In this document: in pieces, positions 44,249-54,700 of the stretch
Position numbering within the stretch: position 1 is the stretch's first letter
Layout of the letters: every line of letters starts with the position of its first letter
IMG/VR virus record: IMGVR_UViG_3300002231_001563
Coordinates: 1-64,000 of that record
Reading direction: 5' to 3' (one strand)
DNA: 64,000 nt
Source: a virus
Program-made: the position numbers and the translations under genes
The notes under the pieces: generated by a model
What the model was told of the DNA's origin: nothing
The model's input: only the letters and a program-made list of their open reading frames with translations
Databases searched by the model: none

Positions 44249-45744
44249 TGGGTATAAAAAAATATATTGCCAATGCCAACAATACCATCACAAGCGCCTT
44301 CAGATCCAACTTACAGACTAGAGGCACCGGCGCAAACATGGGACTCTCGGACGTCCTAGAAACTTTTTCAATTTATGGGCAAGCCTCTTCGGGGTCAACA
44401 GAGCTGGAAAGAATACTCATCAAATTTCCAGTTTCTGACATCATTACTGACCGAGCAGCAGGAACAATACCTGCAGAAGGAAAAGTAAATTTTTATTTAA
44501 AAATGTATAATGCGCGCAGCAATCAAACACTTCCCCGCCAATTAAATTTGGTGGTTCTTCCCGTCAGTGAGCCATGGCAAGAGGGGGTGGGCCTTGATAT
44601 GGAAGAATATAGAGATGTCACGGAAAACGGGGTGGGATCCAACTGGATCAATGCGTCTGCCTCAAATCCCTGGACACGTCCAGGCGGAGATTATTTAACA
44701 TTCCCGGCCCCCAATTATTCCCAACTATTCCCAGTTGGAAATGAAAATCTTCAAATCGACATTACAACTCTCGTAGAGCAGTGGGTAGATGGAACATTGG
44801 ATAATTATGGCGTCGGCGTCCATCTCACCGGAACTCAAGAAGCCTATTTTTCTAACTCCGCAGGCCTCGATGTAGGAAGCCAATTATTCAATCCTAGTGG
44901 ATCGCGCGATACTTATTATACAAAAAAGTTCTTCGGCCGTGGAACTGAATTTTTCTTTAAACGCCCAGTCATTGAGGCAGTATGGAATTCTGCGGTAAAA
45001 GATGATAGGGGAAGTTTTTATCTTAGCAGCTCCCTCTTACCGTTATCCGAAAATATGCATACCCTTTATTTATATAATTCATTTGGCGGCCGTCTCTTCA
45101 ATATTCCAGCCGTCGGAACAGGGGATATTTATTTAAATATTTTTACATCTTCTGCTGGGGGAAGTAGAGTAAATGCTGTCCCAATTACAGGTGGCTATGT
45201 ATCTCGCGGCATTTATTCAGCCTCGTTCGAATTGGATACAACAGCCAGTACTGTCTATGATCGGTGGTATCATCACCTTCTTGCGGCCTCCACCGGTACA
45301 TGTTATCATACTGGTACCTTTAATGTGCGCACTCATTCAATGCGAGAATATAATCCTTACCCCAAATATGTCTCATCGCTAACTAATTTACAGGACTCCT
45401 ACAATGTGGCTGAAACAGCACGCTTCAGATTTTATGTAAGAGAAAAAGATTGGAGTCCAACTATTTACACAGTAGCAACCAAAGAAATTGATACTCTTAT
45501 AATAGCAAGTGCATCCTATCAGGTATATAGAATAATTGATGATCTAGTGGTCATCGCTTATAATACCGGGAGCGATAAAGGGACGGAAATGTCATACGAT
45601 GTGAGTGGAAATTATTTCGATTTAAAAATGAATCTTCTAGAACCTGGATATTCTTATGGAATAAAAATTGCCTATTATAATGAAACAGTCAACAGTTATG
45701 TAGAGCAGCCATATGATTGGAAATTCAGGGTAGAAAAAGTATGA
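44248..45744 (+). CDS. Baseplate-associated structural protein (DNRLRE/CBM96-like N-terminal domain)
   Basis: LIKF, LKMYNA, PVSEPWQEG, W...GGD, IDITTLVEQW, NYG pattern. Confidence 0.55.
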   Translation: MGIKKYIANANNTITSAFRSNLQTRGTGANMGLSDVLETFSIYGQASSGSTELERILIKFPVSDIITDRAAGTIPAEGKVNFYLKMYNARSNQTLPRQLNLVVLPVSEPWQEGVGLDMEEYRDVTENGVGSNWINASASNPWTRPGGDYLTFPAPNYSQLFPVGNENLQIDITTLVEQWVDGTLDNYGVGVHLTGTQEAYFSNSAGLDVGSQLFNPSGSRDTYYTKKFFGRGTEFFFKRPVIEAVWNSAVKDDRGSFYLSSSLLPLSENMHTLYLYNSFGGRLFNIPAVGTGDIYLNIFTSSAGGSRVNAVPITGGYVSRGIYSASFELDTTASTVYDRWYHHLLAASTGTCYHTGTFNVRTHSMREYNPYPKYVSSLTNLQDSYNVAETARFRFYVREKDWSPTIYTVATKEIDTLIIASASYQVYRIIDDLVVIAYNTGSDKGTEMSYDVSGNYFDLKMNLLEPGYSYGIKIAYYNETVNSYVEQPYDWKFRVEKV

Positions 45745-48700
45745 GCATTAGAGATCTTTTTGATAAAAATATTCCAACATCCATAGTAACCAGTCGCGAC
45801 CTGGCTGAGTTGGGGAAGGATGTTGAGTCAGCGGCTAATATTACTCAAAAAATACGCCAAAAGACACGCTTTATTCCCCAAAAAGACTATGGAGATCCGA
45901 AAAATTTTGCCCACTTTGGTTCAGCGGTTCAATATTATAATGATGCATTTTCGCGAATTGCTAACCAATACCCTTACGACGGGTCCCTCAGTGAGCAGAC
46001 TAAATTTATAAATGATTCAACTTTCTTGGATCTTTACATTTTTGACAAGCTATACCCTCGCCGCACTGGATATGTTAAAATAGCTCCTTCCGGATTTGGT
46101 GTTTCCGGTGGGTCTACGGCTTTTTCTGGAACGTCGATAGGCCTCCCTGTAAGTTTGGAGTATATCCAAGCTATAGGCGGCCCCCACACTGCGTCTAGTG
46201 GTATGATCGGTCAGCCGCTCGAAAAGACATTCGCTCATTCTAATATTTATGACACGGCTCAAGACCGAGAGTCAAATTTAAAATGCGATATGGAGAGCGG
46301 GGTTACCATCGAATTTTGGATGAAAAAATCATCACTTTTTAATTCCCTCACGGAAACTGAAATCGAAGTTCCAGCTATGCTTTCCAACGGCGTATCCGGC
46401 TCTGTTATGGTACTTATTGACACCACTACACCCGGCGATGATACCCGCAATCGTATCAGCATCAAAGCGACTTCGGGATCTGCCTATGTAGGATCATGGA
46501 ATACTGGCCTCACAAATGTGCAGATTTTGGACAATAAATGGCACCATTATGCCTTTACTTTTAAAAATACAGCCACTACATTGACGGCTCAGGCCTTCTA
46601 TGACGGCGCTCCCTACTCGTCAGGAACGGCGGCCCCTGCGCCGATGGGGGAAGTTACAGGAGCTTTGAAATTAAATATTGGTTCTGCGCGCACCCTCCGC
46701 TGGGATGCCGGCGGCCTCGACCTCACAATTCCGGCTGACGGCTATGGAAAACTAACGGGATCTATCGATGAATTCCGCTATTGGAAGACAGCCCGCACTG
46801 CCGAAGACATTGGGAGATATTGGTTCACTCAATACGGAGGAGGAACCAACACTGATCTTGCCAATACTTCTCTGGGGGTGTATTATAAATTTAATGAAGG
46901 AATCACAGGAATCACAGCCACTGACTCTACAACTCTCGATTATTCGGGCCGAATTTCAAATGGCACATGGGTAGGATATACCTCGGGAGCGCGCTCCACC
47001 GGATCTGCCATAGATACTTATTTAGGTCGTCAGAGTGAGTTCCGAGACCCCATTATTTATACAGATCATCCAGCAGTTATCAGTTTACAAGATTCTCTCA
47101 TTGGTTCAGCATCAGCCTATGATTTGCAAAATAATTCCTCTATTTATCGCTCGTTGCCATCATGGATTGTGGACGAGGATGGAAATAGTGGACAAGAATT
47201 ATTAAAATTAACACAAATTCTTTCCAGCTATCTAGACACCCTATATTTACAAATCGAAAATTATCCTCGCCTTAAAGATATACAGTATCCTGGCCCCGAC
47301 TCAAAGCCAATTCCTTTCGCACATAAATTGCTTGAGGGATATGGTCTGGCTACTTCTGAGATGTTCGTGGATGCCACTATTTTAGAACAGATATCGAATC
47401 GAAATGAAGAAGCCAAATTTGATGAAGATTTGTCCGATATTAAAAATTTAATATATAAAAATATTTATAACAATCTTGTTTATATATATAAGTCCAAGGG
47501 GAATATAAAAGCTTTTAGAAACGTGATGAGGTGCTACGGCATTGACACAGATTTAGTAAAAATCAACCTGTATGGGGACAATACCACCTATAGATTAAGA
47601 GACAATTACGAGACCCTTTCCACACGTAAAAAATATATAGATTTCAATCACCCTTCTAGATATGGGGGAACCCTCTATCAACAAGATCTAGGCTTGGGAT
47701 CTACGGCCAGGTCCTACATCACAGGGTCTCGCACCACTCAGGAAATATATACCGCCTTCACACTAGAAGGGGAAGCCATTTTCACCACACCGCAGCCCGT
47801 AAAGCAGGCTGATTATTTCGCCACTCCCTTCATTACATCCTCCTTGTTTGGTTTTCATGGGGTAAGTCCAGTAGCTCCCTCTAACTTAGCTTTTCCTGGA
47901 TCTGATGATTTTGTTAATGTTTACGCCGTAAGGGAGGCAGCTGAATCTCCCAACGTAAAATTCTGCTTTGTTTATGGCGTGTCCGGAATTACTTTGGGCA
48001 CCGTGATGAGTCCGCTTTTTTATGATGTCTATAATAATCAAAAGTGGAATTTTGCCCTTCGGTTTAAATCCACCAAAGAGGGTGGAAATTTAGTAAGCGG
48101 ATCGACCACCGGCAATGATTATATCCTCGAATTATATGGCGCAAATGCCGAAGCGGGACAAATATCACAACAATTCACCATTACAGCATCGCTCCCTGTG
48201 GGACTAGGGGTAAATAGATATAAATATCTTTCGGAACCTAAACGCATTTACGCAGGCGCCCATAGACAAGATTTTGTTGGAGCCATTCTCCAATCTACCG
48301 ACATTAAATTGGGTTCGGTGCGATATTGGACAAAATATCTAGAAGATGGGGAGATTAACTCACACGCCCGAGATCCACAAAATTTCGGCAGCCTAGCTCC
48401 ACACCAGAGCACTTATCTCTATCCCACTTCCCTTACAGGAACTCATATTCCCCAAATAGAGACTTTGGCTTTAAACTGGGAATTCGATACAATCACGGGA
48501 TCTAATGCATCGGGAAGATTTAAGGTATTAGATTTATCCTCTGGCTCGGCCAATAAGCAAGATAAATACCGGTGGATGGGCGATATTGTGGGTACTAATC
48601 ATCCGGCCAGCGCAAGCTTTTTTCCAGCCAATAGTTCAAAAGCTCTAGATACCAGGTTTGTTTACACCGCCCAGCAAACTCTACCTGAAAATATTCAGGG

Positions 48701-51700
48701 CCACAACATGGTTTCTATTGGGGAAAATGATAACATCTTTAAAAAGACTACGCGCCCAGTGGAATACTTTTTCGCCATTGAAAAGAGCATGTATCAAAAT
48801 ATTTCTCAAGAAATATTAAATGTCTTTGCAACGATTGCAGATTTTAATACCCTAATAGGGGATCCTGTCAATCGTTATCGGGGAGAATATAAAGCTCTTC
48901 AAAAATTGCGTCAGCTATTCTTCGAGCGCGTCGAGAATGAGCCAGATTTAGACAGGTATATAGAATTTTATAAATGGATCGATAGTTCTCTTACTACATT
49001 TTTAATGCAACTAGTCCCCGCTTCAGCACGCTTTTCGAACTCAATGCGCACTATGGTAGAGAGCCATGTTTTAGAGCGCAACAAATATCGAACAAAATTT
49101 CCCACTCTGGATCTAGAAATCCCCGAATTATCTGTAGGAATAGCCGGAATCAATGAGCTATTGGAAGATTGGGAAACAGATCACCACCCCGTTAGCGGAA
49201 GGCAAGATGAAAATTGCCCCTGGTGGAAGACACGAGCAGAAAGAAGAGGAGTAATCTCCTCGGGCGTACCGACCGTCGACGAAAACCGTTCAGCCTATTT
49301 GAGCGCAAGTCTTCAGGTTTTGAATCGCCAACGAACGACTCCTTATAAGTATGGTGTCGAAAAAGCCACTATTTTAAAGGGTGGTTCTAATTTTTATGAC
49401 AATAAAATAGGAGATTATGTAAAGAATACTCTTCCCTGGATGGATTCTGGGGCAACTACGGGACTCTACATCTTATCGGGCAATATCGAGCCCTACACTT
49501 GCTCGGATCCCCCTCCCCCAAATACCAAGAGAAAATTAAAGTACGGAGTTTTCACAGCAGACTCGGGAATGGCATCTTTCCCTAATTCTTACAATTATAC
49601 TTCCGGCAAGGGCGAAATGTTCGTGCCCTTTAGTATTTATAGCGCGTCTTACGTGAATGCATTTTCTCAAAATTTAGTCACCGCCCTGGGCTATAATTTG
49701 GAAATTACCAACGTCGATAATGACTCTTATGGGGTCTCTGAAGGTGTCCCCATGCAGGGCCCTTTTACTGACAAGTTTGTGGGGGGTAATCAATATAGAC
49801 ATGTGGATCCCAATTTAGATGGGACCGACACGCCCCTTACTCGCCCGGAAGCTTGGAGATTGAGGGCTGGAACGGGAGTCGTAAAAATTGCAAGACAACC
49901 ATTTCAGCGCCCTAGAGCGATGCTATATCGCGATATGGTTGCTAAGAGGCCTCTTAATCTTCAAAATATTAAGCAAGTTAATGGTACAGACACCCGCTAT
50001 GTTTCAGGAACCCTGCAAGCTCAGATTGGTAATTATCGCAAATCCTATGAAATAGTTCAAGCGCCTGGCCGCACGACCAACAACCGCGCTTGGGTACGCA
50101 AGGGCCCTTGGATCTTAAATGACGCCCTCGACCCCTCCCACTTGACAGCATCTATGTTTGTGGGTGGCATGTTTGATGCACCCGAAATAGATAGGGGAAG
50201 AACGGGATACGTGATGGTCTCGCGCTTTTCATCTCCAGGCGGCCCCGACACGGCTGGTGATAGCAACGGTGGCCCCGGTCTAGACCGCTTCGCCGCCGAG
50301 TTTTCCCCAAATAACGAAATGAATTGGAGAAATAGTGAAGTTAGGGATCCTTTAAGAAAGTGGCTATTAACCCCCCATGTGAATCAGTTTGGTTTCTATA
50401 GCGGCGTACCTGACAGAATCGCTTCTTCTTCAGTAAATGCAACAAATTACAGAGGTACGGGCTCCTTTTACCAAATTAATCGCAATCGCCGCAGAGTAAT
50501 TAAAGAGGTTGCCCCGGGAACTCTCGGAACAGCTTCGGTATACGACAATTACTATATTCAACATCCTATCCCATCTACTGATTTAAGGTATGCGTGGATC
50601 ACTGCCTCTTATCTTTCAACCACCCCTGTGGGTCTCGGATATTGGCCAACTGAATTTTATATTCCTGACTTATATACCGCCAGTATCGGCCCGGTTAATT
50701 TTGTTAGTGCCAGCGCGCAGAGCTATTCAATCCCGGTAGATTTTGTGGGGATGAATAATCTCGTTTATTCACCTATTATGGATCGCTACGCATATGCAAA
50801 AGATGGACCTTCGGGCTTAAGGGTAAATTTGGATACCCGGCAAGAAGCTGCAGCCTTTGACTATAAGAACATCTTAGAATACAAAAATTCCAATATTACA
50901 ACGCCTCCGGACATTGATATGCTCAACATTTTGGATTTGCACCGTAACGGGCCATATCAAGCACCTAACTGGAAATTTATGCGCACTGCACAGAGCCCTA
51001 CCGCCCGTTATTTGCGAAAAAATAATTTTATAGGATGCACCGGCCAGAGATATATAACCCCCAGTTATATGGTGTCCCCTAAATTAGTAGAGGACACACA
51101 GACTACGCTATATTATGAACCGGCCGTATCAAAAATATCGACACCTTTCGAGATAATGGTGGGCACTCAAGGTCCAGGCGCCCCTCAATGTCAAGATCCC
51201 AATGTTTCTTCCACCGATGCATCTTCGGAAGTTGTGGTTAGCTTAGGCGTCTCTCTGATAAATGCCTATGGTTTTGCCAATGAAAATTTAACTAAATGTG
51301 CCAAAGGGGTTGTGACAATCGCCAATAATGATGATTCTGGCGGTCCCGATACGGCATGCCTCCAAACCGATACTGGCTACGGTACTATGACGGGGATGTA
51401 TTTATATGGCGCCCTCGACGATGACTCCAGCCCAGTCGATAGTTTTGTAGAGGCAAAATATCAATCCCCGGTATTCCCCGCAGCTATCAACCAATTTAGT
51501 CGCTTCTCACGCGCGCGCTCTCTCTATTATAATCGTTTCTGGAATTCTAGCCGGGCGACTCGCACCACCCGAGGCGAAACTAAATTTATTTCTCACGCTA
51601 CGTCGCAAGGGTGGGACGTGCCACAGAGCGAATGGGCCTTGGACGCCAATGCGAATTTCACCATGGGCCCCATCTATAATGCCAATACGGCAACAGGAAG

Positions 51701-54700
51701 TACGGCAGGAGAATTGCAGAATGATTACGCTCAATGTCATGGCGCCTCAATGTTTACGAGCAGCTGGTTCTTATCCTGTAGTGCAGTTAACGTAAATGCT
51801 GGCTTTACTCCTACGCGAAATTTAAATTTCGGATCAGTTTTATATAACGGTATTTTTACACCTCTAATGGGTACCCCTAAAACGGCGGGAACTTATGCAC
51901 GCGAATTTGCCGAACGCGCAATTGTGCGCCCCCTTACTGGCACTTACGCCGATACCGGAGTACCAAACGCCTACACCCTTTCAGCCTGGGTGCATCCTGA
52001 GAGAGTTTTGCCTCCCGTTAAGCCCCCAAGCCTGAGAAACGACAAAAAATACAATATTATCTCTTTTTTATCTGCTGATCACCCTAAGCCAGCTACAAAA
52101 GTTGCCGGCCAATGCGCAGTTCAGTTATTTCTAACAGGGGGTGTTCCGGCCCTACAGAATAGGCGAATCGGAGTTCGCACGATGGTCTCTTCTGCAGCGG
52201 GGGGCATCCAAATAGATGAGGGGTATACCGACTCGGCGCTCATGAATGGCTGGTTTCATATTTTATATTGTTATGATGCCACAGCCCCAGGCGATACTTC
52301 TGTGGGAAATGATAGACACAAAATTTATGTAAATGGAGAACTCCGACCTCTCGTAGCTTCCAGTTCTTTACCCGACGGACTCGCCAGTGTATTTTACGGC
52401 CAAATTAATCCTTCGACGGGCGCGATTGGCAGCGACGCCTCTTACAACTTCAATATGTCGACGTTGACTGGTGGCGTTAATCCCACTCCGGCCTTGGGAG
52501 AATATTTCATTAATGGGTTATTCGAAGGCTCTATTACAGAGGTGAGTATATTCAACTATTCACTTCATACGATGGATGCCACTCGCCTTCCTGCTGCCAT
52601 GTATAACGGCGGATGCCCTCCAGATTTATCGAAAATAACATTCTTCCAACAAGAGGCTTATAAACCCTCGGCATGGTATAGAGTAGGCGCGTTCAAAGGG
52701 CCGGCCATCGGCCCCCAGTATCAACCAGGCCTGCGAAAACTCGGCCCTGGAGATATCCCGGGAAGCTCCAGCTGGAACCCAGCCGAGCCGCCTCCTGTAG
52801 GTCCCTCAATGACTGGTTCGCGATTGGTTAATCTAGCTGCTGTCTATTGGGACAGCGAAGACGGCCTCTTGTCCAAAGGAGACGGTTATCCAGTAGTAGA
52901 TTATAGTATTTCAGCTGGAAGTGCCACTTTTAATATGTCTTTCCACAATCAAATGGACCTAGCCGACCGTCCGTGTCGCAGCGGATATAGGGTGGGAAGC
53001 GCGGAAAATATTCACAGTGCGCCACTCTACAATCGAAAACACACAGTGGATACACCCTTCTCGGTGACGCCTTTCGGATGGTCCCTTCCTAGCTCTTCTT
53101 ATCCAACCGAGACTACATGGCCAATTCGAAACCGCGCAGTATCGATGGACATTCCAGAATTATCAGCCTCTATTAATAAGTGGATTTCGACCTACCCTGT
53201 GGCAGTACTAACTTCAGACGCCGACGCTATAGCTCACCCACTCGGTGAAATCCAGATTAATGGTGGAAATGCCCTCTTTGAGGCAAATCGCTTAGCTGGC
53301 TACGAAAAAGACGGCACATGGCTGCCGATACCTTCAGCTCCATCCTATGATACCTATGGGGATTATAGCCAATATATGCATCTTAAAAATCAGGATTTCT
53401 CTATTGTTCCCGAATTCCGAATCAGTGATCACATGGGATTTTATCTTAATGATAATAGGGGAGATTTTTTGGCAGAAAATAACAGCCTATTTTCTATCCC
53501 GGGCTCTACATCAAGCGCTGCGTCTAATGTTCCCCTGAATAGTTCCGATGAGTCTTTTTATCAAGTATTTTCAAATTCAGATTTCCTACGACACTTCTCT
53601 ATCATAAAGCAAGACCACAAAGGCTTTGCAGATCCTTCTGCCATCACTCTGCGCTGCAGCGGCCTGATGAAATTCCTGCCTTATGACGGCTTTTTTCCAA
53701 GCGAAAGAAGTTTGCAGATAGCTAGTCAATTTTCCCAGTCTTATTCTTCTTTTCTTGAATACGCAGGTTTAGATTCCTCGCTCGCCGACGCCCGGATGCG
53801 TCCCTTCATGGCACCTTTCTTCCAGCCCGGCATTATTTATAATACTATCAAAGCCGGCTTGGCGGTAGATTATCCTCTCTATACCAGTTCTTACAATGTC
53901 ATTAATTATGCATCCTACCGCTACGCTGGTGGATCGAGGCTAAATAGTAATTATTATGCCCTCGGTACCCAAAAGGTGTATAATCCTCCCGCTACACTGT
54001 TTTCTGCCAGCTGGGACGTTCGAATTCCGTTTGAGGCAGCGGTAGAGCCCGAGAAATATGCTGCAGGTTACTTTATTTATGATGCTGAGCCTCACCCAAG
54101 TAGCGCCTTGGATGTCCAAGTGCGCTGGAATGGGGGTGGAGACAACCTCTATAAGCGAATGATGAGCAATTATCTGGCGGCCATACCGGAGTTCTTCCTT
54201 CCCGAGGGTACTTTCACCTCTCTCTCTAGTAAATCGGAAAAGAATTTTGCCAATGTAAGATCTGGTACCAATTATGGGATGCGCGTCAAACTTCGTCGCA
54301 CATTGAATAAGCCCAGAGCGTGGCGATCTTATACAAATCCAGAACCCATTATTACCTATGATGTTCCCCAGGATCCTCGTAATTTAAGCGGAATAGCCAA
54401 AGACCTCAAAGAGACCTTTACGATGTATAGTAGGCCCTCTGCCTTCGGGCCTCCCGTCGCCGCGTCAGATTTTCTGGGATACACCCCTAGTTTAACGCCG
54501 GATAACCTGAATGTAGTATATTTTAATACCGATCTTTATCCATCGGATAGTCTAATGGGAATCAATCCTTCCTTTACGCCCCCTTATTATGGAGGCGAGT
54601 CATGGGCAGATATTGTCTATGCGGCTACCAGCTCAGGCCCAGTAACCCTAGACGAGATTTTTGCTGCCTCCACTGTAAACTTGTGGAGAATTGATGCATC